NCBI RefSeq assembly: GCF_036365525.1
Contig: NC_090396.1
Location: 73,712,605 to 73,776,604 of the forward strand
DNA length: 64,000 nt
Direction: 5' to 3'
Origin: Heterodontus francisci
Taxonomy: Eukaryota
Both the position numbers and the translations under genes were made by a program. The notes below the pieces were generated by a model. It was not told where the DNA came from. It searched no databases and saw only the letters and a list, made by a program, of their open reading frames with translations. Positions 13,063 to 25,799 of this stretch are shown here, one piece after another. How positions within the stretch are numbered: the first letter of the stretch is position 1; every line of letters starts with the position of its first letter.

Positions 13063-15065
13063 CAGTAAGCCTGTCCTGTATAACTCAGGTATCCATTGCT
13101 CTCTAGCTGATGTATACAGTTTTATTTTCCTGAGATGCTTTGTTGAGTTCTAGGATCATTTCGTTTCCATAGCAGTTGATAGTGTGGATGCTGATTGCTG
13201 GACCCACTTCTGTTGTTGATGCAGGAATATGTCCACATTGAAGAGTAAATGTCCTTGTTAGTTAATTAGGATATAACTTACACTAGTTTACTCAGTAATC
13301 CTGGTGTGTGCGTATCTTACGGAGCAATGTTAATAGGCGTTCAGTTAATTAGGACATGTTCTCAAACACTGATTTATTCCACATGGGGTCTGGAGCAATT
13401 GGCTTCCAATCATTGTGAAGAAATAGGGGAGGGTTGGGGGGAAATGGGCGAGATAGGATTGATTGAATAGAATATTTAGAAAGGGTGGGAACTGTTTTAA
13501 AATAAAATGAGACAATGTCTTTTGCATTTAGAAGCCTAGGTCAAGGATTTACAGCCCATAGTACAAGACATCGGCACCAGAGGTGAAGAAGCAATCGGAA
13601 AAGGAAAGAAATGGTTGGGTTGGATTGAGGTGTTTTGACCACCACTTTAATGGGGTGAATTTGGATCCATTGCCTTATCGAATTGAAAGGGATGTTGCAG
13701 TAACTGCTGATATTGTTCGCCTTTCGCAGTTGTCCAAGGCTGATGTGTAGTGTGAGTGACGTTACTATGTGATCTGTGGTGCCCTCGTAAGGTGTAATGA
13801 GGAATTGCAACACAGTGATCACTCAGGAATCGATACGGAAAGGATACATTGCACTTTTTAATATCTCTACACTGTAGAATACTGTCAGAATAAACAATAT
13901 TGCACATTTAAGTGTTGATGCAATTTAATCCCACATAACAGGGGATCAGAATAAATTGTGATCATGATCTGTAAGCATCCATTGTACCTATGATATCAAT
14001 CACTTACTATCCTTTATTAATGATGGACTTCTTAGCTTTGCAATTCACTCACCCTCAGGTGGCAGATGCTAATGAGGTGAGGGAGGGGTATTGGGGCGAA
14101 GTGAAGAGACACCTTGCAGAGAATAACAGGCTGCCTCCAATGAAATGGTGAAAAGACTTTGATGCCTTTTCATTAAAGCAGGGGAAAATGCAAATTGACT
14201 TTTTACCTTGAATTAAGGTGTTGGTTTGCAGTGAAATTCAAATAATACAGCTCAGGCCATGTGAGCAGACTGAAGGTATAAAGTAATGACATGAGAATGG
14301 AGCAAGCAACACTTAGCAGTCACTGGGGACTATTTCAAATACAGAGCAGAAGAGTGTTGGATTATATTTATGATATATTTAATCCGGCTTTATCTGTGGC
14401 CACTACATTTTTGCTCAAAATATTATTTGAAAACTGGGGATGGACAATCCTCAAATTCTCTTAATGAACACCAGCCGATGGACGACAGCCCTAAATTCTG
14501 TATGAATAGGAGAAAATAAATTGCTGGCTCAGGTTGTGCTCCAAGGGCAGGTGTCTCTCTGAAGGGGAGAGATACCTTATTTATTTTTGAGTTCCGTTGT
14601 CTTGCACTTCCCCAGCACAGTAAATGCCTGCGTCACCTCAGCAGATCAGACGCACTGACAGCTGCAGTAACGACACCTACTGTGTCACTATCAGTCTGCT
14701 TTCTCAGGGATAGCTGGTAAACATGAGCACATAAGTGTAGCCAGCTTATGGTGTCTTGGCCGCCTTTTAAAATGGCAGCATAGTGGGACTAGTACTCAGT
14801 TTAGGGTGAATACTGTACTGATGAGTATATAGGCTACACCTCAAACTTACCTCACCCCTCCCATCCCCCCACACTAATATAGGTGTACCTGTATCACAAA
14901 GATAAGTGCAGATGGGAGAGTCTATCTAGTTGGTATTTCAGTTGCAACCTACAATTCCCACATTGGCGCATCTAACTTATTCTTGAATGATTTCCAACCA
15001 TTATGAATTATGATGTTTATCCATATATTATTATTTTTCCCTTCCCTACCATTATCTAAGTTAAA

Positions 15066-15815
15066 GTCAGAATTTGCTGGAAAAAAAAGCATGTGAGTGA
15101 TGTAAGGTGTCATCAATGTGGAAATTGTCCAGCAACTTGTGGTGAGGAAACGATAGGCCGGGAATTGCAAATCACCACAAGTTGCTGGACAATTTGTACA
15201 TTAATTTGGACTTTCCGCCATTAGCCTTGCGAAAACGGCATCTCCGCTTAATCTCCTCGTGAGTTTCATGAAGTTGCTGGATTAGCGGATTAGTTGCCTT
15301 TTAATTCACTACAGAAAGTAAACGCTGGTAATTAATAACGTAAGTACACTTTTAATAATGTGATAATTGTTAATGCAATGCCAATCGATGTCTCTGGACC
15401 AGAAAGGGAACAGTTTAAACCATGGCGTCTCATTCTTTTACCATGTGAATTGTTGAAGATTCTAAAAAGGTCAAATTTTTAATTTGACTTATTTCTTCTT
15501 TCTTTTCCTTTCCTTTTTTCTCTCTCTCTTAATTCAATCTTTCTTTCTATCGCTTCATTTCTCTTTCTGTACCTGATTTGACTCTAATTCATCCCATTTC
15601 CTTCGTTGTTCCTCTGTTTCTTTCTCAGTCCTCAAATCTCATTGGTTAAGGAGATACACTGTCGGTCCCCGATGTCCCATTGCCTTCCCCATGCTGTTAT
15701 CAGCGAGCACTCCCAGCAAATTACTGCACAAAAAACATTTCGAGCTGGAGAATGCAAGAAAGTATCTGTCTAACAGTGCACACCATGAGATCCTGCACCA
15801 CGCAAATTCTGGGCC
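15066..15815. mobile_element. MITE-like element
   Basis: Inverted ends GTCAGAATTTGC ... GCAAATTCTGGGCC, non-coding interior. Confidence 0.45.
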
Positions 15816-16489
15816 AAAATGTGTGTCCATTTAATCTGCCAGGCCAGGTAGTTGAAGCGAGAAGATTGAGCTGTTCAAAATCCAGTAGGAAGCAAGAATG
15901 AGAGAGAGTTAAGGTTCTAGAGTGCTAAGTGTCAGTAACTTGAATGGTCTTTTCACATCCATGACATTCCCTATGTTCTTAATGTGTAGAGGTGTATAAT
16001 TTTCAGCTTGGTGCTGCATTCACATTGATTCTAGCAGCAAGAACTTCAATTAAGGCAAATGGCCCTTTAAGATGGCCTTAATATCTTAGTAGCTCTGTAT
16101 ATTCAGTTGTCATTCATAATCTTTTAACATTTTATGGAATCTGTTGATAATTTGTAATAATAGGCTGTATTCCCCCTCACAAGATGTTTATAGTTAAAAA
16201 TTGCAGAAGCTAAGTTTACCACGTGTATGTATGCGTGACGCAGTAACGGTGCAAATCATCATGTGGGTGTGCAATTTATCCAGTTTTTGATCTGTGATGA
16301 GAGTGTGGCTTCTGTACTTAAAAAGAATTACAGGTCTAGTAGAGCATTCAAAGACCATTCTGAGTATCTGGCCATTGAGCCACAAGGAGAGGGTAACAGT
16401 CACTTAAAACAGTGAAGTGGGACATGATCCATGGTTTTAAAATGAGGGTGAATAAAGAGGTATTTTATGTCATGGATATGATAGTGTCT

Positions 16490-16960
16490 TGGTTAAGTTA
16501 TCAGTCTAGTAAAGCATAAGCCTGGATTCAGACAACGTGAGTTCAAATTCCACCATGTGTAGTTTGAGAATTTGAATTCAGTTTTTAAAAAATCCTGAAA
16601 TAAAAAGTGGCTAACAGTAAAAGTGACTGTGAAGCTGTCAGATTGTTGTAAAAATCCAATTGATTCACAAATGTCCTTTAGGGAGAAACCTGCCATCGTT
16701 TCCCATTCTGGGCCTATATCTGACTCCAGTCCTGTACCAACCTCTGAAGAGACATAGCAAGCCACTCGACTGTATCCAGTACAAAAAGGGATAACTTGTG
16801 AATAGTTCTGAAGAAGTTATATCCAACTCGAAACGTCAATTCTGTTTCTCTCCCCACAGATGTTGCCAGACCTGCTGAGTATTTCCAGCAGTTTCTGTTT
16901 TTATATATGGGATAACTTGCGCTCCTTGCCAATGATGCCCACATCCCCAGAATGAATAGT
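16490..16960 (+). mobile_element. tRNA-derived SINE with CR1-type tail, carrying an inserted Penelope-like fragment (about 16800-16905)
   Basis: B-box-like GAGTTCAAATTCC; body shared with minus copies at 19950, 41700 and 47400; tail GCCAATGATGCCCACATCCC. Confidence 0.6.
16804..16842 (+). ncRNA. Minimal type I hammerhead-like motif (Penelope-associated)
   Basis: AGTT-CTGAAGA-AGTT(ATATCC)AACT-C-GAAA-CG-TC-AATT; CUGANGA and GAAA boxes intact, stem II junction imperfect. Confidence 0.45.
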
Positions 16961-17098
16961 AAAACACCAATAGTAGCAGCAAAGGATGTGGTAATAAACT
17001 AGAGAAACCATAGGCTGAAGCCAGTGAACTCTTGCATCCTTAGACATTGATATCAATCAGGTGTCACCAAATGAAACAGAAACTGATTCAATAAGTTA

Positions 17099-19315
17099 TT
17101 GGATCAATTTCTGATTAACCAGGGAGTGGAAGGATATTGGGTTGGGTATAAGTTTCAATCTCATAATGAAGAGCTGGAACCTGTCATAGCCGCTAAGCGC
17201 ATTGCACTTTTGAACTACAAGAAAGCCCCCAGCGATTTAACATCCGCAGCACTTAAAGCAGCCAGAAGTACTGCACAAAGAACAGCTAGGCGTTGCGCAA
17301 ACGACTACTGGCAACACCTATGCAGTCATATTCAGCTGGCCTCAGACACCGGAAACATCAGAGGAATGTATGATGGCATGAAGAGAGCTCTTGGGCCAAC
17401 CATCAAGAAGATCGCCCTCCTCAAATCTAAATCGGGGGACATAATCACTGACCAACGCAAACAGATGGACCGCTGGGTTGAGCACTACCTAGAACTGTAC
17501 TCCAGGGAGAATGCTGTCACTGAGACTGCCCTCAATGCAGCCCAGCCTCTACCAGTCATGGATGAGCTGGACATACAGCCAACCAAATCGGAACTCAGTG
17601 ATGCCATTGATTCCCTAGCCAGCGGAAAAGCCCCTGGGAAGGACAGCATTACCCCTGAAATAATCAAGAGTGCCAAGCCTGCTATACTCTCAGCACTACA
17701 TGAACTGCTATGCCTGTGCTGGGACGAGGGAGCAGTACCCCAGGACATGCGCGATGCCAACATCATCACCCTCTATAAAAACAAAGGTGACCGCGGTGAC
17801 TGCAACAACTACCGTGGAATCTCCCTGCTCAGCATAGTGGGGAAAGTCTTTGCTCGAGTCGCTCTGAACAGGCTCCAGAAGCTGGCCGAGCGCGTCTACC
17901 CTGAGGCACAGTGTGGCTTTCGTGCAGAGAGATCGACTATTGACATGCTGTTCTCCCTCCGTCAGATACAGGAGAAATGCCGTGAACAACAGATGCCCCT
18001 CTACATTGCTTTCATTGATCTCACCAAAGCCTTTGACCTCGTCAGCAGACGTGGTCTCTTCAGACTACTAGAAAAGATCGGATGTCCACCAAAGCTACTA
18101 AGTATCATCACCTCATTCCATGACAATATGAAAGGCACAATTCAACATGGTGGCTCCTCATCAGAGCCCTTTCCTATCCTGAGTGGTGTGAAACAGGGCT
18201 GTGTTCTCGCACCCACACTTTTTGGGATTTTCTTCTCCCTGCTGCTTTCACATGCGTTCAAATCCTCTGAAGAAGGAATTTTCCTCCACACAAGATCAGG
18301 GGGCAGGTTGTTCAACCTTGCCCGTCTAAGAGCGAAGTCCAAAGTACGGAAAGTCCTCATCAGAGAACTTCTCTTTGCTGACGATGCTGCTTTAACATCT
18401 CACACTGAAGAATGCCTGCAGAGTCTCATCGACAGGTTTGCGTCTGCCTGCAATGAATTTGGCCTAACCATCAGCCTCAAGAAAACGAACATCATGGGGC
18501 AGGATGTCAGAAATGCTCCATCCATCAATATTGGCGACCACGCTCTGGAAGTGGTTCAAGAGTTCACCTACCTAGGCTCAACTATCACCAGTAACCTGTC
18601 TCTAGATGCAGAAATCAACAAGCGCATGGGTAAGGCTTCCACTGCTATGTCCAGACTGGCCAAGAGAGTGTGGGAAAATGGCGCACTGACACGGAACACA
18701 AAAGTCCGAGTGTATCAGGCCTGTGTCCTCAGTACCTTGCTCTACGGCAGCGAGGCCTGGACAACGTATGCCAGCCAAGAGCGACGTCTCAATTCATTCC
18801 ATCTTCGCTGCCTTCGGAGAATACTTGGCATCAGGTGGCAGGACTATATCTCCAACACAGAAGTCCTTGAAGCGGCCAACACCCCCAGCTTATACACACT
18901 ACTGAGTCAGCGGCGCTTGAGATGGCTTGGCCATGTGAGCCGCATGGAAGATGGCAGGATCCCCAAAGACACATTGTACAGCGAGCTCGCCACTGGTATC
19001 AGACCCACCGGCCGTCCATGTCTCCGTTATAAAGACGTCTGCAAACGCGACATGAAATCGTGTGACATTGATCACAAGTCGTGGGAGTCAGTTGCCAGCA
19101 TTCGCCAGAGCTGGCGGGCAGCCATAAAGACAGGGCTAAATTGTGGCGAGTCGAAGAGACTTAGTAGTTGGCAGGAAAAAAGACAGAGGCGCAAGGGGAG
19201 AGCCAACTGTGCAACAGCCCCAACAAACAAATTTCTCTGCAGCACCTGTGGAAGAGCCTGTCACTCCAGAATTGGCCTTTATAGCCACTCCAGGCGCTGC
19301 TTCACAAACCACTGA
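17099..19315 (+). CDS. RTE reverse transcriptase ORF (RT plus C-terminal C2H2-like finger; APE endonuclease lost by truncation)
   Basis: KAPGKD, NYRGISLL, QCGFR, FIDLTKAFD, GVKQGCVLAP, LLFADD, FTYLGS, CSTCGRACHSRIGLYSH; the first ~18 codons are flanking DNA with a TTG start. Confidence 0.9.
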   Translation: MDQFLINQGVEGYWVGYKFQSHNEELEPVIAAKRIALLNYKKAPSDLTSAALKAARSTAQRTARRCANDYWQHLCSHIQLASDTGNIRGMYDGMKRALGPTIKKIALLKSKSGDIITDQRKQMDRWVEHYLELYSRENAVTETALNAAQPLPVMDELDIQPTKSELSDAIDSLASGKAPGKDSITPEIIKSAKPAILSALHELLCLCWDEGAVPQDMRDANIITLYKNKGDRGDCNNYRGISLLSIVGKVFARVALNRLQKLAERVYPEAQCGFRAERSTIDMLFSLRQIQEKCREQQMPLYIAFIDLTKAFDLVSRRGLFRLLEKIGCPPKLLSIITSFHDNMKGTIQHGGSSSEPFPILSGVKQGCVLAPTLFGIFFSLLLSHAFKSSEEGIFLHTRSGGRLFNLARLRAKSKVRKVLIRELLFADDAALTSHTEECLQSLIDRFASACNEFGLTISLKKTNIMGQDVRNAPSINIGDHALEVVQEFTYLGSTITSNLSLDAEINKRMGKASTAMSRLAKRVWENGALTRNTKVRVYQACVLSTLLYGSEAWTTYASQERRLNSFHLRCLRRILGIRWQDYISNTEVLEAANTPSLYTLLSQRRLRWLGHVSRMEDGRIPKDTLYSELATGIRPTGRPCLRYKDVCKRDMKSCDIDHKSWESVASIRQSWRAAIKTGLNCGESKRLSSWQEKRQRRKGRANCATAPTNKFLCSTCGRACHSRIGLYSHSRRCFTNH

Positions 19316-19375
19316 CCACCTCCAGGCGCGTATCCATTGTCTCTCGAGATAAGGAGGCCCAAAAGAAAAGAATAA
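17154..19375 (+). mobile_element. Young RTE-clade LINE, 5'-truncated
   Basis: Long open ORF, 3' UTR ending GGAGGCCCAAAAGAAAAG, possible ATAAG TSD. Confidence 0.95.
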
Positions 19376-19949
19376 GAACAAGGAAAGATTTGGTCAGTTT
19401 GATCATGTTCATGGACCAATTGGACTTTGCTCTTAAATTATTATCTTGCTTGCTAGTTTGCTTGCTCATGCTTTCTCAGGTGCTGGTACCGTACAGGTAC
19501 GTTGTGTCTGGTAGGTTATACACTACTTGCACATACACACTGAAGTTTTTCACACTGGGCCAAATGGGGTTACTGTTTTGCTGATGGTTTGTTACTTCTC
19601 TCTATTTTTTCTTACCCCAACCTCCCACACAAGCAATCCACCCTGCAGATAATTTCAAGGAGATCATTGGTACATCTTCTTGGTCAGTGGTACAGGAAGG
19701 AATACCTCTGAGTAGTTTTCCCTCTAGTCAAACCTGGCAGAAACTATCAGAGATTTGCACTACAGTGCACATATCATTTGACTCTGGGACTCTCTATTGA
19801 AAGAGAATGTTAGACTCTAACATACATGCGTACAACATCTCTCCACTTGAGTATAATTTGTCTAGTTAGCAGTGGACTATTCACAGAGTGGGAACAAGAC
19901 TAGGTCTGTGAACGAATGATTGAAATGCCTGTTGATGGTTACTTTTTTT

Positions 19950-20305
19950 TATTTGTTTGTGGGATGTGGGCGTCGCTGGCTAGGCCAGGATTTATTGCCC
20001 ACTTATTGCCAGGCCATTTCAGAGGCATTTAAGAGTCAACCACATTGCTGTGGGCCTGGAGTCACATGTAGGCCAGACCAGGTAAGGGCAGCAGATTTCC
20101 TTCCCTGAAGGACATTAGTGAACCAGATGGGTTTTTACAACAATCGACAAAGGTTTCATGGTCACTATTAGACTAGCTTTTAATTCCAGATTTACTAATT
20201 CAATTCAAATTTCACCATCTACCATGGTGAGATTCGAACCCATGTCCGCAGAGCATTAGCCTGGGCTCTGGATTACTAATCCAGCAACATTACCACTATC
20301 CACAG
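19950..20305 (-). mobile_element. tRNA-derived SINE with CR1-type tail
   Basis: Minus strand begins AGTGGTAATGTTGCTGG...GGTTCGAATCTC (A/B boxes); matches other copies. Confidence 0.7.
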
Positions 20306-20364
20306 ACTATCCACAGCCTCCCCACTGTAATATAATGGACCATATGTCAGCCCTGGAACAAGGG

Positions 20365-23300
20365 TAGTGCTCAGGCTTCTGTGTCAGTACGTTTGAGTGC
20401 CACTCCAGAGACTTGAGCAGAAAATCCAGGCTGATACTCCCAATGCAATCGGCGGTGCCATCTTTCCAATGAGATGGGTACTGATGCTTCCGGCGTGACA
20501 GAGATGGAGGTAAGAGAGGAGGGAGTGTTGCACTATTGATTAGGGAGGACATCATGGCAGTTCTTAGAGAGGAGATGCCGGGGGGAATGTCCAGCGAGGC
20601 CATAAGGGGAGAACTTAGAAATAAGAAAGGGGTGATCACTTTGATGGGCTTATACTCTAGGCCCCCCAATAGTCAGAGGGAATTGGAGGAGCATATATGT
20701 AGGGAAATCACAGATAGGTGTAGGAATTATAGGGTTGTAATAGTAGGTGATTTTAACTTCCCTAATATTGACTGGGACTGCCTTAATGCTAAGGGATCAG
20801 ATGGGGAAGAATTTGTTAAGTGTGTCCAGGATAAGTTTCTGAAGCAGTATGTGGATGGCCCTACTAGAGAAGGGGCTACACTCGACCTCCTCTAGGAAAT
20901 GAGGATGGGCAGGTGGTTGCTGTGTCAGTGGGGGAGCACTTTGGGACCAGTGACCATAACTCTTATTAGCTTCAAGATAGTTATGGAAAAGGATAGGACT
21001 GGTCCTTAGGTTGAAGTCCTAAATTGGGGGAAGGCTAATTTCGATGGCATCAGACAGGAACTCTCAAAAGTTGAATGGGAGAGGCTGTTTACAGGTAAAG
21101 GGACGTCTGGCAAGTGGGAGGCTTTTAAAAGTGAGATAGGAAGAGTTCAGGGCCGCATGTTCCTGTTAGATGGAAGGGCAAGGCTGACAAGTTTAGGGAA
21201 CCTTGGTTGATGAGGGTTATTGAGGGTCTGGTCAGGACAAAGAAGGAGGCATATGTCAGGTATAGGCAGCTGGGATCAAGCGAGTCCCTCGAGGAGTATA
21301 GGGGATGTAGAAGTACACTTAAGAAGGAAATTAGGAGGGCGAAAAGGGGCCATGAGATTTTCCTGGCAGATAAGATAAAGGAGAATCCTAAAAGATTCTA
21401 TAAGTATATTAAGAGTAAAAGGGTAGCTAGGGAGAGAGTAGGTCCCCTTAAGGATCAGTGTGGCAATCTATGTGTGGAGCCACGGGAAATGGGTGCGGTC
21501 TTAAATGAATACTTCTCGTCTGTATTTACCGTGGAGAAGGTCATGGAAGCTAATGAGTTCAAGGGAGGGAACAGCGATATCCTGGAGCATGTCAGCATTA
21601 CAAAGGAGGAGGTGTTGGAGGTTTTGAAGTGCATTAAGGTGGATAAATTCCCAGGGCCTGACCAGGTGTATCCTAGGATGCTATGGGAAGCAAGGGAGGA
21701 GATTGCTGGGGCCCTGGCAGAGATTTTTGTATCATCATTAGCCACGGGTGAGGTACCGGCAGACTGGAGGATAGCTGATGTTGTGCCTTTATTTAAGAAG
21801 GGCAGCAGGGATAAGCCAGGGGACTACATGGCGATGAGTTTTACGTCAGTGGAAGGGATTCTGAGAGACAGGATTTATATGCATTTGGAAAGGCATGGTC
21901 TGATTAAGAATAGTCAGCATGGCTTTGTGCGTGGTAAATCATGTCTCACAAATTTGATTGAGTTTTTCGAGGAGGTGACCAAGAGGTTTGATGAGGGCAG
22001 GGCGATGGATGTTGTCTACATGGACTTTAGCAAGGCCTTTGACAAGGTCCCGCATGGTAGGCTGGTCCAGAAGGTTCGAACACATGGGATCCAGGGTGAG
22101 CTAGCAAATTGGATACAAAATTGGCTTGGTGATAGGAGGCAGAGGGTGGTAGTGGAGGGTTGTTTTTCAGATTGGAGGCCGGTGACCAGTGGTGTGCCGC
22201 AGGGATCGGTGCTGGGCCCTCTGTTGTTTGTCATATATATTAATGACTTGGATGTGAATGTAAAGGGCATGATTAGTAAGTTTGCAGATTACACCAAAAT
22301 TGGCGGTATAGTGGACAGTGAAGAAGGTTGTCTAAGGTTACAACAGGATATCGATCAACTGGGAAAGTTGGCAAATGGAATTTAACGCAGACAAGTGTGA
22401 AGTGATGCATTTTGGGAAGTTAAACCAGGGCAGGTCATATACAGTGAATGGCAGGGCCCTGGGGAGTGTTCTTGAGGAGAGAGACCTTGGTAAGTACATA
22501 GTTCCCTGAAAGTAGCAACACAGGTAGACAGGGTGGTGAGGAAGGCGTATGGCATGCTTGCCTTCATCGGCCGAGGCATTGAGTACAAGAGTTGGGACGT
22601 CATGTTACAGTTGTACATAACGTTGGTTAGGCCGCATTTGGAGTACTGTGTGCAGTTCTGGTCGCCGCACTACAGGAAAGATGTGATTAAGCTAGAGAGG
22701 GTGCAGAAAAGATTCACCAGGATGTTGCCTGGTTTGGAGGGCTTGAGTTATAAAGAGAGATTGGATAGGCTGGGTCTGTTTTCCCTGAAGCGAAGGAGGC
22801 TGAGGGGACATGATAGAGGTATATAAAATTATGAGAGGCATAGATAGGGTAGATAGCCAGAGTCTGTTTCCCATGTAAGGGGTGACTAAAACTAGAGGGC
22901 ATAGATTTAAGATGAGAGGGAGGAGGTTTAAAGGGGATCAAAGGGGTAAATTTTTCACACAAAGAATAGTGGGTATCTGGAATGAGCTGCCTGAAGAGGT
23001 GGTGGAGGCAGGAACAGTAGCAACATTTAAGAGGCATCTGGACAGGTACTTGAATGAGCAAGGCATAGAGGGATATGGAATTAATGCAGGCAGGTGGGTT
23101 TAGTATAGATAGGCATTATGGTCGGCATGGACGCGGTGGGCCGAAGGGCCTGTTTCTTTGCTGTCCGACTCTATGACTGTATGGTCCACCAAGGCTCCAT
23201 CTGCCTCCTGAGGGGAATGTAAAATATCCCATGTCTTTATTTCGAAGAACAGCAGGGGAGTTCTTCCCAGTGCCCTGCCCAATATTTATCCCTCAACCAA

Positions 23301-23375
23301 TATTATTGAAAAAAAAATGTATCTGGTTATAATCTCATGGTTGTTCATTGGGATCTTGCTGTGTGCAAATTATCC
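20365..23375 (+). mobile_element. DeuSINE split by the CR1 insertion (pieces about 20365-20478 and 23183-23375)
   Basis: The two pieces join into a continuous Deu-domain sequence like 1490-1938. Confidence 0.6.
20484..23182 (+). mobile_element. CR1 LINE ORF2 (partial APE endonuclease plus RT), disrupted
   Basis: GLYSRPP, VGDFNFPNIDW, PTREGATLDL, QHGF, YMDFSKAFDKV, GVPQGSVLGP, FADY; stops and frameshifts; CTATGACT tail. Confidence 0.93.
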
Positions 23376-23407
23376 CACTGCCTCCAGCCAGCATTTGTGT
23401 GTGGAGT

Positions 23408-23657
23408 CGGGTTGCCAACTCTCCAGGATTGTCCTGAAGTCTCGAGGAATTAAAAAAAAATTGAATCTCCAGGACTCTGCTGTGAGACAAAAAATCATAG
23501 GGGCATTAAACAAAACGGTGTATTTTGTGCTTCATTTTCTTTTAAAAACGTCTGTGCATAAAATCATTGGAGATCGGAAAACAAGCTGTTTGCGTGGTTA
23601 TTTTGGAGGCATGTGATGAAATCTCCAGGAATAGGTCCAAGCAGGGTTGACAACCCT
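23408..23657. mobile_element. MITE with GGGTTGCCAAC-type TIRs
   Basis: GGGTTGCCAAC at 23409 and GTTGACAACCC near 23646-23656, with internal CTCCAGGA repeats. Confidence 0.55.
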
Positions 23658-24483
23658 TGTCTGCGAAGCATGTAAAGTAAGGAGAACACCTCCTTAGTCT
23701 CCATTATTTCTGGAGCCCACCGCTGGCTTCTGTCAGCCACTAGCGTCAGTGCCCAGGATTTTACAGCCCTGACTTTGCACCATGCACATTCTCTCGCACC
23801 CTGACAAGTTAGGTGAGCAGATCGTGAAAGGCACTCAATCAAACATTCTTTCAGAGATACCATCATCATGGGAAAAAAATATCAAAAATGTCTCTGTCTA
23901 TAGAACTCCAAATAAAAAAAGCCTTTGAATTCTCAGTTTCAGTATCCTTAACGTTCTAAGCTTATTGTGTTTTATTGGATTTGATCTGATTCTGCTTTCA
24001 CTGTGTTCAGCTCTATACAGAACTGCTCGACTGCCTTATAAAATATTCAGAGGCTGTCAGAATATATTTTTTTTAGCTGACAGGATATGCCACTCTGTTG
24101 CAAGATAGTGATAGGCTTCCCTGCAATTCCCAGTGAGGACAGCCTGATTTCTGCTGTCATTCTGTAATCTGGTGCTTGCAACTGCACCGGGGGAAAGACC
24201 GAATCCTATCTGCCCTGACTTGAAATGATGTATTATTAATTTTTTTTAGCTGATTTCCAGTTTCCCCTCCCGTTCCTTGGTCCTCTCCGAAGCTGCTGCT
24301 TTATTCCAGTGTACAGTTCCCCACACACTAACAGCCTCACAGTACAACACCCAAGTGCTCACATTTCAAGTCTAAGCCGAGGCACTGGGTTAGCCAGATA
24401 TTGAGCTGTGAGGGCATCACAACCAATCTGGACCCTGTCCTCACTTGATGTTGAAACATACTGGATATCCAGGACCTGGATAG

Positions 24484-24493
24484 CTCTCTCTCC

Positions 24494-24526
<33 letters not shown>

Positions 24527-24655
24527 ATCTCTGTGTCTTTGTATGTCTCTCTCTCTCTGTCTGTCTGTCAATCTCTCTGTCTTTCTCTTTCAACTCCCCA
24601 TCTCTCCATCTCTCTGTCTTGGTCTGTCTCTGTCTCTGTCACTCTCTCTCTCTCT
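24484..24655. repeat. (TC)n / pyrimidine-rich microsatellite
   Basis: Direct inspection. Confidence 0.9.
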
Positions 24656-24929
24656 GTGGTGATGAGACTAACCAAAGCCCCGACTGATGAGTTGAGGGCT
24701 TGAAGCACCATTCAGGGATTGAACTCGAGACCAGCCTGGTTTATGTGGCTGTCTTCCACACAAGGTAGTAAATTGAACCACCATTGTAAATGAAAGAATA
24801 AGTTTTTAAAAAAGTAATACATTCCTGAAATTGACTTCAAATTTCCATTCCTGGCCAAGGGCACCATGTTGGACCATCTCTCCAACTCCTCTGGTAACAT
24901 CTCTGTTGGGGAACAGCTCCCTGTATCCC

Positions 24930-25220
24930 TCAGTGCCCCCTCCAGCCCTGATTACACTGCCTCTCTCCCACCATCGTCCATGGGTACAGTGCCATGCCTC
25001 CACAGCCCCCAGATATACACCCCCCCCCCACCCCTAGGTACACTGCCCTCCCCCCTAGGCCCCCAGATACACTGCACCACCCCAGCCCCCAGGTATGCTG
25101 GCCCCCAGCCCCTGGGTACTCTGCCCGCCAGCTCCCCCCACCACCCTCCCCTCACCCATCGTCCATGGGTACACTACCTCCTCTAGCTCCCAGGTACATT
25201 GCTTCACTCCAGCCCCCGGG
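24930..25220. repeat. Degenerate C-rich minisatellite
   Basis: Recurring CCCCC..GGTACAC(T)GCC motif; CCATCGTCCATGGGTACA occurs twice (about 24971 and 25156). Confidence 0.55.
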
Positions 25221-25799
25221 CATAATCTGTGTGTGCCATCTTAACTCAGGCCACAAGCTAAGGTCAAAGGAAAAGTGCACAGGGCACAAGGTGAAGATGT
25301 TTTGTGCAGGAAGAAGATGAGTCCGTGTCCCAGCCAGTGCCAAGTGATAAAAATCTCTAGAGATAAGGAGTTCCTGATAAATTACCTGTGACAGCCATGA
25401 GTGGGTTCTAGACAGTTACAGTACTGAAGGTTGTTCATTAAATCATACTGCTGTTTTAACAACCCATTCATAACACTCTGAGCTTTTCAATAAGGGGATC
25501 ACTTTCACATTATAAAAGAGCTTCAATCCTTTTTAAAAGGAGATAATTGCTCTTTCCCTTTTCGAGTTGCTCTTTAGCACACATCCTGACCCAGCTCATC
25601 CTATCTCTGCCTGGGTGAAGTAGAGTGACGCACATGGTTGATTGCCTGTATCAGATGTGTAACTGTGTTATGAGCAGCCCTAGTGTTGGGATCAGGCTGG
25701 GAGCATGGGAGAGAGGAAGGATGGAAACCCTGCCCAGCACCCACAGAGACAGCAGTTGAAATCTATTGTAGCTTTTAAAATGATGACATACATTCTGAG

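Noticed and set aside
17099-17153. Chimeric host-RTE gene suggested by the 738-aa ORF
   Set aside because: The extension is about 18 codons of flank with a TTG start; a chance open frame upstream of a 5'-truncated element
24337-24662. ER-rich and SL-rich ORFs
   Set aside because: Translations of the (TC)n microsatellite
24683-24706. CTGATGA hammerhead or C/D-box-like motif (also 46442)
   Set aside because: No properly placed GAAA box or flanking stems
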